From an uncultured bacterium (GTDB lineage Bacteria > Babelota > Babeliae > Babelales > Vermiphilaceae), in the NCBI GenBank assembly GCA_963702025.1, contig OY969699.1, positions 1,216,001 to 1,280,000 on the forward strand: a stretch of DNA of 64,000 bases, in the 5' to 3' direction. Numbering within the stretch: position 1 is the stretch's first letter; each line of letters begins with the position of its first letter. Made by a program: the position numbers and the translations under genes. The notes under the pieces were generated by a model that did not search any database, was not told the DNA's origin, and saw only the letters and a list, made by a program, of their open reading frames with translations. Shown piece after piece: positions 38,266-48,236 of the stretch.

Positions 38266-40107
38266 ATGAAAGTTGTTCGATTCATTGCAGTCATTATAGC
38301 ATGCTTTTTTTGCCTGCCGGTTATGGGCATGGCAAGAGAATTGACCAGAGGCGATGCTTTAAACACTGCAATACATATAATGGCCCTGCAAAAAATTCAC
38401 CAAGAAGGTTTGGTTGCCGGCACACCGGTAAAAACGGCAACTGGGCACAAACCAATCGAACTAATCAAGCTGCATGACCTAATCATCGGCACCGACCTTA
38501 ACGGGAAAAATTATGAACGAACCGTTCGGGCCGTTGAAAAAAGGCAGGTGTGCGAATATGTCAAAATTTCCATAGGTGACCAACTTATTTGCGTTGCGCC
38601 CGATCAAAAATTTTATTGTCCGCAAGAAAAAGCATGGATCGCGGCAAAAGATCTCACCACTTCGCATGTCTTGCTTACCGGAGATCCGGCACATTCTCGC
38701 CTTAAATCTATTGAAAAGGTAAGGGAATCGGCAGAAGTATACACTCTCACGGTTGATGGACACAATCTTTATATAACACCTTATAATGTTTTGGTGCATA
38801 ATGCGTGCCTCGCGCTGCCGGCACTAGCCCAGATAACATTGGCAAGAATTATTCTTTTTCATCCCATAACGGCAACGATTGGCGAGAGAATTCCTTTAAA
38901 TATTTTTAACGCAAAAGTTTATAACGTATTACCAAACGTCATGAGTCCTGATGCGTTAAAACCGTTTGCCTCACTAACTCAGCAAGAAATAGATAATAAC
39001 TTATTGCAAGAAAGAACTTACTACCAAAACCGCAAATTTGAGCTCGCCCAACTCAAAGAGCAATTTATAAGAGTAAAAACTGACATTGAAGTAATTTCCC
39101 GGCAATTCCATCCATTGGGAAAAGCATTAACAGCTGGTCTTTTAAATCAAGTTATTACTGAAGCTCCTCTTTTGCCGCAACCTACCGCCCAGCAGGAATT
39201 ACAATTAAATGATACTCAAAAAAATGAACTCACCCAGTTGCGTGAGAAGGATCTAGAAATTCACGAAAAGCAGATTGAAGATCTTCAAATTGCCATTGGT
39301 GTTCATATCGATGAATTGGTGAGGCAATATAATGAAACAAATAAATATCTTGATGAAATTATTCCTCAATTCAATATGGTTAGTAGATCCTGGAACTACT
39401 CCCGAGACTTTTCACTCCAAACAGTTATAAACCACTATGAGATTGTATTAAATGCTGAACAGATCTATACCACTCTCCGTGAACAAATCAGCGAATTGAA
39501 ACTTATTATCCACCATTATAAAAATTCACCCAAAGCCCAAGTATTGAAAAACACCTCCAACATCAATGAACTTTTCTCGCTCGAGCAAACATTGACTGAT
39601 CAAGACAATAGCTATAAATACAACAAAGATGTTGTGATACCGGAAGTCCGATGCGTTTTAGAACAAAGTCTGTGCAATTATGGTGTTCACGTTACCCGCG
39701 CTAAAGAAAACATAATCGCAAATCTTAAAAACAAAAAAAATAATCGGCAAGCACAAGCGGTACGAGAGGCCCAAAATAAAAAAAGCACACAGCAATTTCC
39801 TAAGCAACCAAAAAAAGATGATAAAGAAGATGAGAAAAAGAAACATCCTAATGGCAAATATGATGGCGCAGAGTATCATCACCCAAATAGCAGAGGCAGA
39901 AAGAGTCCCGGGCCCAAGGATGGACAAAAAGCTTTGGATAATTCGGTAGAGATAACAAATTCATCATTTAGACGTATTGGCACCAGCGAAGGGGAAATAG
40001 TATTACTCCATAGGACAGCAGAAGGCATATATCATGGCTATGTAAGAAATTTAGCTGACCTTTCAGATCAAATGATACGCGCATTAAAAAATGCTAATTT
40101 AATATAA
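38266..40107 (+). CDS. Polymorphic toxin: signal peptide, Hint domain, helical linker, C-terminal putative RNase
   Basis: GLVAGTPV...VYTLTVDGHNLYI...VLVHN; C-terminus YH...KSPGPKDGQKALDNSV...RRIG...YHGYVR. Confidence 0.85.
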   Translation: MKVVRFIAVIIACFFCLPVMGMARELTRGDALNTAIHIMALQKIHQEGLVAGTPVKTATGHKPIELIKLHDLIIGTDLNGKNYERTVRAVEKRQVCEYVKISIGDQLICVAPDQKFYCPQEKAWIAAKDLTTSHVLLTGDPAHSRLKSIEKVRESAEVYTLTVDGHNLYITPYNVLVHNACLALPALAQITLARIILFHPITATIGERIPLNIFNAKVYNVLPNVMSPDALKPFASLTQQEIDNNLLQERTYYQNRKFELAQLKEQFIRVKTDIEVISRQFHPLGKALTAGLLNQVITEAPLLPQPTAQQELQLNDTQKNELTQLREKDLEIHEKQIEDLQIAIGVHIDELVRQYNETNKYLDEIIPQFNMVSRSWNYSRDFSLQTVINHYEIVLNAEQIYTTLREQISELKLIIHHYKNSPKAQVLKNTSNINELFSLEQTLTDQDNSYKYNKDVVIPEVRCVLEQSLCNYGVHVTRAKENIIANLKNKKNNRQAQAVREAQNKKSTQQFPKQPKKDDKEDEKKKHPNGKYDGAEYHHPNSRGRKSPGPKDGQKALDNSVEITNSSFRRIGTSEGEIVLLHRTAEGIYHGYVRNLADLSDQMIRALKNANLI

Positions 40108-40134
40108 ACTATTTCGATTTAGGATAAGATTTTC

Positions 40135-40704
40135 GTGAACAGTACTGACTTTGAATTCATTATTGATACAAAAAGTAGAATTACTATTTCTATACCGGAT
40201 GTACCGTTAAAAAATAATTATTACTATAAACCTATCAAAAAGCTTAATAAATTCGATGAAGCAACGGTCCAGCTAATAACCCTAAAAGAAAAATTAATTC
40301 TTCAAAAGGATATTCTTGATGATATTATTTTAGATTTAAGGGGATCCTTAAAAAAAGCACTATCAAATGAATTATTCTTACCCAATACTATTCAGCAATC
40401 GAATTGGGGCCTTGAGTTCAATCGATTACTTTATTATGACAATGAAATTAATTTGTCATATTTCTGGGTATGGTCATACACAAATAATATTCAAACTTTG
40501 CTTTATAATAGTCATAACAAAATATACCTTGAAATTGTTCCTACATGCCCAAATCTCGTGACTAACAAATCAAAACACACTGTTGATAAATTATTTAGAA
40601 GATTTATGAAAACCTATAAACCATATTTTGTTACTACTATTTCTCACGAAACAGCACAAAAATGGCTTGCACAATGTGAAGAAATAGTTAAAATTATTAC
40701 TTAA
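40135..40704 (+). CDS. Putative immunity protein
   Basis: Directly downstream of the toxin; LY...IYLEI.P...YKPY....IS.E.A.KWL motif. Confidence 0.55.
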   Translation: MNSTDFEFIIDTKSRITISIPDVPLKNNYYYKPIKKLNKFDEATVQLITLKEKLILQKDILDDIILDLRGSLKKALSNELFLPNTIQQSNWGLEFNRLLYYDNEINLSYFWVWSYTNNIQTLLYNSHNKIYLEIVPTCPNLVTNKSKHTVDKLFRRFMKTYKPYFVTTISHETAQKWLAQCEEIVKIIT

Positions 40705-40782
40705 ATTTAAAGTAAAAATTTAGTAAACTTTTTACAAATCACCATACTAGCATATTAACACTATTACAAAAGCGAGTGCATC

Positions 40783-41853
40783 ATGTACAAAAAATCCTTT
40801 TTTCTTTTATCAACAACAGCTGCATTGTTCGCTGAACAACAAGCCCCGCATCAGTTACCACAATTACCAATGTTGCAGCAGCTTGCATCACGAGCGGTAC
40901 ACCAATCAGCCGTTGCAACACAGGGTAATCAATTTCCCGAGGATATGCGTAAAGTTGTTCTTGAGGCCGCGCCATCCGAAATTAAAAAGCTCCTTAACGT
41001 AGTAAAAAATCGAGAATTCCCCGAACATCTCAAGCCGCGCAGAATTCTCTTGCATGGCCCTGCCGGTTGCGGCAAAACAACCTTGGCGCAAGTATTTGCG
41101 CAAGAAGCAGACATGCCATGCATATTTGTCCATTCGGCCTTACTGGGTAATGAATATCAAAACTCGGTTGCTTCAAATCTCCTGCGCCTACTTGAACCGC
41201 ACCTGAATGGGCCATGCGTAATCGTATTCGATGAGATAGAGATTCTTTTAAAAAAATCAAAAGACAATAAAGAAGATACCTCAATACAAATGATAAACAT
41301 ATTGGACCTGCTCGGCAGACGCCCCAACGTTCTTGTAATCGGTACCACCAATAATTTACAAGACATTGAAAAACCACTACAATCCCGCTTTGCAGCTGAC
41401 GCTATTGGCATGAAACTCGATCATTCTTTTGAACTGCGAAAAAAAATATTTCTAGCCCATGTTAAAAATGTACAATACAGTATTCCCGATACGTATTTCA
41501 ACAGCTTATTAAACTCAACCAAACATTTCTCCATCCGTGACATAGAAAGCTTAATCCGCTGGGCCTCAATGATTGCCTTTAATCGAAACTCAAAAATAGT
41601 CTCCCCCGAAGATTTTCAAGAGGCAATTAAACGTGTTGAAGAAGGTAGGAAAGCGTTCAGTAATGAAAGGGGCTGGAAAGACGCCGGTATTGATGTCGCT
41701 AAATGGACGGGAAAAGAAATAGCTGGCACAGTCGTTGGTGGATTAGCCACCACTGCACTTTACAAAATAATTCCTCAAAAACTACGTGAAAAAATTTCTT
41801 CCGTAACCGTTAATGTTGTAGTTACTGCTGCAAAGAAATCTCTTGGAAAATAA
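40783..41853 (+). CDS. AAA+ ATPase with signal-like N-terminus
   Basis: LLHGPAGCGKT, IVFDEIE, GTTN, LQSRF, SIRDI. Confidence 0.9.
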   Translation: MYKKSFFLLSTTAALFAEQQAPHQLPQLPMLQQLASRAVHQSAVATQGNQFPEDMRKVVLEAAPSEIKKLLNVVKNREFPEHLKPRRILLHGPAGCGKTTLAQVFAQEADMPCIFVHSALLGNEYQNSVASNLLRLLEPHLNGPCVIVFDEIEILLKKSKDNKEDTSIQMINILDLLGRRPNVLVIGTTNNLQDIEKPLQSRFAADAIGMKLDHSFELRKKIFLAHVKNVQYSIPDTYFNSLLNSTKHFSIRDIESLIRWASMIAFNRNSKIVSPEDFQEAIKRVEEGRKAFSNERGWKDAGIDVAKWTGKEIAGTVVGGLATTALYKIIPQKLREKISSVTVNVVVTAAKKSLGK

Positions 41854-41878
41854 CAATAACTAAGCCGAAAGAAAGAAC

Positions 41879-42259
41879 ATGAATAATATAAAAAAAGCAA
41901 TGCTTCTTGCCACCCTGTGTTTGTTTGGAAAAAACTATTCTGCAGAATCTGTCCCTGAACGGAAAGCAATAAAAGTTGCAATGAAAATTACAAAAATACA
42001 ACAAAAAATATCAAGAAATGAGCTTATCAGAAAATTTATATTGGGAGGCTGGGGCTTCTGGGGATTACAATTTATTAAAGCCGGAATATACCGAAATGAT
42101 CCTTCAAATTTTTTAGGTGAATTTGCAGGGGCTTATGCAGTATTTACCTATCTTGTAATAAAATATCTTTCAGAAGAAGACGCATTCCTTAATGAAAAAT
42201 GCAAAGTTCTTTTGAAAGACATTCCGGCAGAAATGCTTATTGATAATACCGTTGCATAA
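41879..42259 (+). CDS. Hypothetical membrane protein
   Basis: Signal peptide plus two hydrophobic segments; co-oriented. Confidence 0.55.
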   Translation: MNNIKKAMLLATLCLFGKNYSAESVPERKAIKVAMKITKIQQKISRNELIRKFILGGWGFWGLQFIKAGIYRNDPSNFLGEFAGAYAVFTYLVIKYLSEEDAFLNEKCKVLLKDIPAEMLIDNTVA

Positions 42260-42288
42260 TGAAACGAAAACACTATCAGGAAACAAAC

Positions 42289-43068
42289 ATGAAAATTATT
42301 CGATTCAATATACTATTATTCTTGCAGGTATTATTTATACAAACAATCTGCTTCTCTCAAGAAGAATCAATGATAAAACAGCCAAGAAAACCTTTTAAAA
42401 AACTTAAAGAACTAATGCCTACGGGCAGTTCGCCTGATTTTTCCCAAAAAAATAATGTGGTACTCGATTTCGAAAAGAATGTTCTTGTTTTGCCTATTTA
42501 TGATGAAGAAAAATTAGTAATTGAATCACCGGAAATTTTTAATAATACTCTCTGCTGCATGGAAGGGTCAATTAAGTTCATCGTAAAGAACCAAGAATTG
42601 TTACTAAGTAAAGATGCTATTTATCATGACAATGAAAGATTTCGCGTCGCACTCTCGCGAGCCCTTTATCAAAATTATCAATTACACGCATCAATTAATG
42701 AAGATATTGGCTTTTTGTATAATGAACAACTGCAAAACAGACCTGGTCTTGCGTATGAAAAAGATAAGGATGGCAATCATTGGGTAGGATATAATAACCT
42801 CCTATGGGCTAATGATTCAGCAGCTTGGCTCTATACTGACAAAGATGGTTCTATTATTTTAGAAATTACCCCTGTTTACCCGGGCAGATATGATGATATT
42901 CTTGTTGATAACAATAAGTCTATTCCCTACGACGCTTGGATACAAACGTATAAGCCGTATTGTATTATAAAATTACCAAGAGAAATTGCCAGAAAATGGC
43001 TCTGGGCAACAGACACTCTTCATAGAAAAATCGAAGAAAATATAAAAAAATTTACCGGCAGAAAATAA
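42289..43068 (+). CDS. Secreted paralog of 40135-40704
   Basis: WLYTDKDGSIILEITPVYP...YKPYCIIKLPREIARKWL. Confidence 0.65.
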   Translation: MKIIRFNILLFLQVLFIQTICFSQEESMIKQPRKPFKKLKELMPTGSSPDFSQKNNVVLDFEKNVLVLPIYDEEKLVIESPEIFNNTLCCMEGSIKFIVKNQELLLSKDAIYHDNERFRVALSRALYQNYQLHASINEDIGFLYNEQLQNRPGLAYEKDKDGNHWVGYNNLLWANDSAAWLYTDKDGSIILEITPVYPGRYDDILVDNNKSIPYDAWIQTYKPYCIIKLPREIARKWLWATDTLHRKIEENIKKFTGRK

Positions 43069-43133
43069 GCACTTTTTCAACAGATTGAAATGATTTACGC
43101 TGGATAAAAAAAGTATTCTCTTGAGGGACACTC

Positions 43134-44051
43134 ATGACACTAATCGGCACACTTAAAAATATTGGCTACATAGCACTTTTTATAGTGCTACTACCATTGA
43201 TTCCGTTATTTATAAATTCAGTACAGAAACTCTATAACAGGTATCTTGATCCGCGTGCGCACGTGGCCGTGTTACCCATTAATGGTGTTTTGTATGATTC
43301 AGGCTATTACATAAAAAATCTCCACCATTTTTTTAAGGATCCCGGCATCAAAGCTATCTTATTAAAAATGGAATGCAATGGCAGCGCTTCGGGAACCGGT
43401 CAGGCGATTTTTAATGAAATCATGACACTCAAAAAAATCTACCCAAAACCGGTGGTTGCGTTGATAGAAAATTGCTGCGCGTCAGGCGGCTATTATATTG
43501 CCAGCGGTGCCGATTATATTATCGCTTCACCCATGGCATTGGTTGGCAGCATCGGCGTCACCTTTTCACCATTCTTTCAACTGCGGTTCAAAGAGTTTGT
43601 GGAACAGTATAAAATTAAAACGGTGCCCATGGCGGCCGGTGATTATAAAAATACCACTAATCCCTTGGTAGATATGACCCCGGAGCAAAAACAGATGTTG
43701 CAAGATGCCCTTGATGATGATTATGTGCAATTTACCACCGATGTTGCCGCAGCACGAAATCTAGATATAGCCAAATCTCCCGAGTGGGCAAATGGCAAAA
43801 TATTTAGCGGTGTCCGCGCGCATAAACTTGGCTTGGTGGATCAACTGGGTTCCAGTTCACAGGCACTCGCATTTATTAAGGAAAAAATAGGCACCTCAGA
43901 CATCAAATGGGTTCATGCACCGTCAAAATTCAACATCTGGAACATCTTAAATGGTGGATCGGATGAGACAGAAGAGTCGCTTTTTTCTTCTTGTATTAAC
44001 CAAATTTGCACAACGGTGGAAAATAGATATAGTAAGTGCGTTGTACAGTAA
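43134..44051 (+). CDS. sppA: Signal peptide peptidase A (S49)
   Basis: KPVVA, CASGGYYIA, VGSIGV, GDYK, GLVDQLG. Confidence 0.9.
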   Translation: MTLIGTLKNIGYIALFIVLLPLIPLFINSVQKLYNRYLDPRAHVAVLPINGVLYDSGYYIKNLHHFFKDPGIKAILLKMECNGSASGTGQAIFNEIMTLKKIYPKPVVALIENCCASGGYYIASGADYIIASPMALVGSIGVTFSPFFQLRFKEFVEQYKIKTVPMAAGDYKNTTNPLVDMTPEQKQMLQDALDDDYVQFTTDVAAARNLDIAKSPEWANGKIFSGVRAHKLGLVDQLGSSSQALAFIKEKIGTSDIKWVHAPSKFNIWNILNGGSDETEESLFSSCINQICTTVENRYSKCVVQ

Positions 44052-44072
44052 TACTAAGAATAGGGAAAATGA

Positions 44073-44786
44073 ATGCAATACAAAAAAATATATTCACTCA
44101 TACTGAGTCTTGTAACAGTTAGTGCCACGCCTTCATTTGCCGGCGTGGTGGTTCTTGCTGAAGTGCCGGAAGCCACCAAGCAATTACTCGCTAAAGCTCA
44201 AGCACTAGTGCAGGAGCATCTTAAAGCAATAAACAACCAAGCAAAAGAAGAATATCTTTTTGAGCAAGGGAGCTACTCTCCCCACATGACGCTTGCCTAT
44301 GTTTCTGATAAAGAACTTACTATGTTGCAATTAGAAGAGGCTGAACCCAAACTCGGTGAACATTTAGCAGAGCTTGCTCGTGCTACCGATCTCATTAATA
44401 TGGCCGAGGGCATTAAAGAATCCCATCTAGTTGTGTGGCCTGGCAAGAATGAAAGTACTTATGAAGGAAATAAATACAAAAATTATGCAATTCTTGTTAT
44501 CAAAATGAAGCCTTCAGCGCAACTACTCCAGTTAGTAGAAAATATTGATATAACATTAGAAAAACATCCTACTGCTCTAAAACGTGAGTTTCCTTTTAGC
44601 CCGCATGTTACGGTAGGCTGGCTCTATGATAAGAAAGATATTACGCCAACGCCATTCGTTGAAACGGTTAAGCCAGCATTAGAAAAATTGATTGCTGAGT
44701 TTAAATCTGAACAACCATTCACCATTGACTCATTTAAGCTTTCAACGCATGATAAAAAGCAGGTGCTTTATTCATTAAAAAAATGA
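44073..44786 (+). CDS. Secreted 2H phosphoesterase
   Basis: PHMTL and PHVTV motifs; signal peptide. Confidence 0.8.
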   Translation: MQYKKIYSLILSLVTVSATPSFAGVVVLAEVPEATKQLLAKAQALVQEHLKAINNQAKEEYLFEQGSYSPHMTLAYVSDKELTMLQLEEAEPKLGEHLAELARATDLINMAEGIKESHLVVWPGKNESTYEGNKYKNYAILVIKMKPSAQLLQLVENIDITLEKHPTALKREFPFSPHVTVGWLYDKKDITPTPFVETVKPALEKLIAEFKSEQPFTIDSFKLSTHDKKQVLYSLKK

Positions 44787-44812
44787 ACAATCAGATGGCA
44801 CAGTAATTACGA

Positions 44813-45613
44813 TCACGTTTTTTGTACCACATAGCAATATGAGAGAGCCCTTAAATCAACCAAGGGCTCTATTTCTATTTCATGAAAAAGATCTTTGGTA
44901 GTAAATGATTTAATTTTACCAAGCCCAAAACCACGGGGAAAAATTAAGCCATCGCCACTGGAGATTACCATTTCTCCCACTTCCGGCTGGCTCAAATGGC
45001 TCACATGCAAAAGTTGCGCCATCCATTCTTGATTGGTGCCATTGTAAATCCCGCTTGCTTTGCTGCGCGTGCAATAAGCGGCAACTTTGCATGATTGATC
45101 GCTGACCAAAATCACTTTGCTATAATAGGGATATACTTCGGCTACTCTGCCAATTAAGCAATCTTTTACAATCACCACCATATCTTTTTCTATGCCCGCT
45201 TTGGCGCCACGATCAATCAAGAAAAAATGTGATTGCTCTGAAAAATTTTTTACCAAAATTTGTGCGAGCGTTGACTGAGAAAAATCATACCGTTTTTTAT
45301 ACTCCACGATTTCTTGCACGTCTTGCTCAAAATTAATGAGGCTTGATAATTCAATAGTTTGGGCAAGTGCCGCATCCCGCTCTTCTTGCAAGGCGGCAAT
45401 TTTTTGTTCCAGTTCGCTCATGCTTCTTCGTGTTGCCGCAAAATTTTTAATCGGTGTGGCAACATAGTGCTGCGCCAAGAGCGCCGGATAGGCAAGATAA
45501 GAAAAATAATAATTACAATAGTTGTTCGAAGAGACAAAAAACCAATAAGAAAATACTATTACCAGTCCACTGGCAACGCCCGTTACTAACCTTTTTTTCT
45601 GCTTTTTATTCAC
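44813..45613 (-). CDS. mreC: Rod shape-determining protein MreC
   Basis: N-terminal TM, coiled coil, IDRGAKAGI, LIGRV, SSGDGLIFPRG. Confidence 0.9.
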   Translation of the reverse strand: MNKKQKKRLVTGVASGLVIVFSYWFFVSSNNYCNYYFSYLAYPALLAQHYVATPIKNFAATRRSMSELEQKIAALQEERDAALAQTIELSSLINFEQDVQEIVEYKKRYDFSQSTLAQILVKNFSEQSHFFLIDRGAKAGIEKDMVVIVKDCLIGRVAEVYPYYSKVILVSDQSCKVAAYCTRSKASGIYNGTNQEWMAQLLHVSHLSQPEVGEMVISSGDGLIFPRGFGLGKIKSFTTKDLFHEIEIEPLVDLRALSYCYVVQKT

Positions 45614-46577
45614 CTGAATTTCCTATCATTGCGGCAAATGTTTCTTTAACCTGATCAATCGAAGTCGAGGTTACCAATTTTTGGCGCAAAACAGAAGCAT
45701 CGGGCAAACCACGGATATAAAATGGTATGTGCTTGCGAAAAACAAACAATCCATGGGGGCCATAATAGGCTAAAAGATTTTCTAAATGTTTGATCGCATA
45801 CTGCATAATCTGCACCATGCTCACTTGGTAGGCTACTCCTTGTGAATGGGCGCGCAACTCGTGCAATTTCCAGGGCTTGCCCCAAATACCGCGGCCAATT
45901 AAAAACCCGTCAACGCCCGTTTGTTCATAGACCATCTTGGCAGTAGCCCAGTTTACCACCCCGCCCGATACAATCACCGGAATCGAGACCACTTTTTTAA
46001 CCTCGCCAACCAAGGCATAATCGGGCCGTCCTTCAAATTTTTGCGATTGCAAGCGAGGATGAATCGCCAATGCATCAGCGCCGCAATCCTGAATCAATTG
46101 AGCAACTTCCAGCGCATTCTGGCACTTGAATCCTGCCCTAATTTTAACGGTAAAAGGAATGGGCACCTGCTTGCGAAATTCTTTGAGGATAAGAGTTAAT
46201 CGCGGAAGATCCGCCATGAGGGCCGAGCCTGACCCGGAACCAATAACGTTGCTTGCCGGGCAGCCAACATTGAGATCGATCATATCAACCCCGCGCGCGA
46301 GTACCTTGGCAACAGCAGGCTCAATAAAATCTATTTTGTTGGCAGCAAATTGAAAATTGAGCGGCCGCTCCAATTGCGCAAATTCCAGCGCTTTGATGCC
46401 CCCTTTTTCATTTGCTACGCAGCCAGTATGGCGCATCTCTGAATAGAGCAACTCATCCGTGGAAAAATCCCTGACCAGTTTACGAAAAGGAGAATCAGTG
46501 ATCCCATCAAGTGGACCACCAATAAAACGGGGAAAGGCAAGATTGCCTATTTTTATTTTTTCATGCCAATAATTCAT
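45606..46577 (-). CDS. tRNA-dihydrouridine synthase (DusB-like)
   Basis: PLDGITD, DLNVGCP, GSALM, TVKIRAG, IGRG. Confidence 0.92.
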   Translation of the reverse strand: MNYWHEKIKIGNLAFPRFIGGPLDGITDSPFRKLVRDFSTDELLYSEMRHTGCVANEKGGIKALEFAQLERPLNFQFAANKIDFIEPAVAKVLARGVDMIDLNVGCPASNVIGSGSGSALMADLPRLTLILKEFRKQVPIPFTVKIRAGFKCQNALEVAQLIQDCGADALAIHPRLQSQKFEGRPDYALVGEVKKVVSIPVIVSGGVVNWATAKMVYEQTGVDGFLIGRGIWGKPWKLHELRAHSQGVAYQVSMVQIMQYAIKHLENLLAYYGPHGLFVFRKHIPFYIRGLPDASVLRQKLVTSTSIDQVKETFAAMIGNSGE

Positions 46578-46745
46578 ATAGTTTTGATAGAAAAAGGGTA
46601 AAAAGAGTACTATTATGCAGTATAACAAGAAAAATCAGAATCGCTAGATTTTGAGGCGTTTGACAAACAAATCCACTCTAGTACCATGAAAATACACATA
46701 ATTATTTACGGTAACATGTTTAATTCTTACAATCTGGAGGCTCTT

Positions 46746-47195
46746 ATGAACCGTTTTTTATATACTCCTGTTCTTTCACTTATTTTACTGTTTGCAACAA
46801 TTGGCGCAAAACCAAGCGATAGCAAAGATTGGTTTTCTTATGCTGAAACCGATTTAAAAGCCGCAGCAATGTTAGCTGATGCGCACATAATCGGTTATGC
46901 ACTGTATCATATTGAGCAAGCAACTGAAAAAGCCTTAAAGGCGTATTTGGTAGCAACGAACACTACGTTTGCGCTCACCCATGATCTTGTTCCGCTCCTA
47001 TCAAGTTGCGCAAGAAATGATGCTGATTTTGGCCAATTTAGTACCGATATCCGGGAAATTAATCCCTATTCAACCAAAAGCAGATATCCCAATAAATCCT
47101 ATGTAGAACCGAGCATCAGCCAAGTGAAGGAACTCATTGCGCGAGCTGCAAGCTTACTGCGTTGCATCGCGGAAAAAATTGGGTCAGTAAATTAA
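46746..47195 (+). CDS. Solo HEPN domain protein with signal peptide
   Basis: W...A..DL, EQATEKALKAYL, THDL, SRYP; GGAGG RBS; TTGACA-16-TACCAT at 46660-46687. Confidence 0.8.
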   Translation: MNRFLYTPVLSLILLFATIGAKPSDSKDWFSYAETDLKAAAMLADAHIIGYALYHIEQATEKALKAYLVATNTTFALTHDLVPLLSSCARNDADFGQFSTDIREINPYSTKSRYPNKSYVEPSISQVKELIARAASLLRCIAEKIGSVN

Positions 47196-48094
47196 AACCG
47201 ATAACATGCTTTTAATGTCGGGCCATTGCGATCAAAGCCGAGCCCGATATTCACCTCTTCGGCCAAATTTGCATCGATCACTTTATTGGCAGCAATACCA
47301 TAAAGCGCACCAAGGCCGGCACCGGCAATCAATTGTGAAAAATAGTGCCGATTACAATTAAGAAATATAATGCCAACCGATGCGGCAAAGAAGGTTAACG
47401 GAACGGCATATTTAGCGCCAAACCTCATGCCATACAACGTTGCAATGTAGGCGGCTTGCGCCATATGGCCTGAGGGGAAGCCACCCATTGATTGTTTATG
47501 CTCATGGCAAAAATCTTCATGCCAGGGGCGCCGACAAAAATCGGCATCAAATTTTTTTATAAGATCTTTGCCATAGACCACAAACGGAATGCCCAGGAGC
47601 AACATCCATGCCGCTTCTTGCCATTCCGGGTCACTGGAAAGAAAAAGTTGCGACCCAAATATCACAATGGGAGCTCCAACCGCAAATTGTGCCAGATCAT
47701 GGCACCATCTTGGCATTTGATTAATATTTTTATGGTTTCGGTGCGAAAAAAAATGGCATTGAAGAGGATCATCGGCAAGCCGGGCACACAAATAAACGGG
47801 CAAAGTGCTCGCAATCACAATAAAACTTTCGGTTGAAATTAGGTTGAGATTGAGCCGAATGGCATCTCTGAACGCATTGGCAACAATATTAAAACCACGA
47901 TGAAGCGTTGGGCACGGACTGCAAAAGATTCTTTTTGGTCGATCACAAGAATCACAAAACCGGTAGCCAAAATCCTTAAGACATTCAGTAGTCGGTGTAT
48001 CTGCGATCGCTTTTGTGACAATGGAAGGTGCAGCCTGAATAATAGCATTAGTGAAAAAGATCACACTCACCAGTAGAATACCATGAATACGCAT
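47192..48094 (-). CDS. PAP2 family phosphatase
   Basis: K......RRP, FPSGH, RHY motifs; TM helices. Confidence 0.85.
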   Translation of the reverse strand: MRIHGILLVSVIFFTNAIIQAAPSIVTKAIADTPTTECLKDFGYRFCDSCDRPKRIFCSPCPTLHRGFNIVANAFRDAIRLNLNLISTESFIVIASTLPVYLCARLADDPLQCHFFSHRNHKNINQMPRWCHDLAQFAVGAPIVIFGSQLFLSSDPEWQEAAWMLLLGIPFVVYGKDLIKKFDADFCRRPWHEDFCHEHKQSMGGFPSGHMAQAAYIATLYGMRFGAKYAVPLTFFAASVGIIFLNCNRHYFSQLIAGAGLGALYGIAANKVIDANLAEEVNIGLGFDRNGPTLKACYRF

Positions 48095-48236
48095 ACGGTG
48101 TATCCTTATAGCCACTCGCCCCCTTATTATCCTTCCCCCATTAGGGTACTTCATCATCGGCAGATAGCTCAACGATACTGAAATTTTTTATAAAAAAACA
48201 GTGGGGCCAGCGTGAATGGGGACATTCAATAACAAT

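Noticed and set aside
38400..38802. Mobile intein
   Set aside because: No Cys/Ser at position 1, Ala at +1, no homing endonuclease, host is not a conserved enzyme; toxin-type Hint
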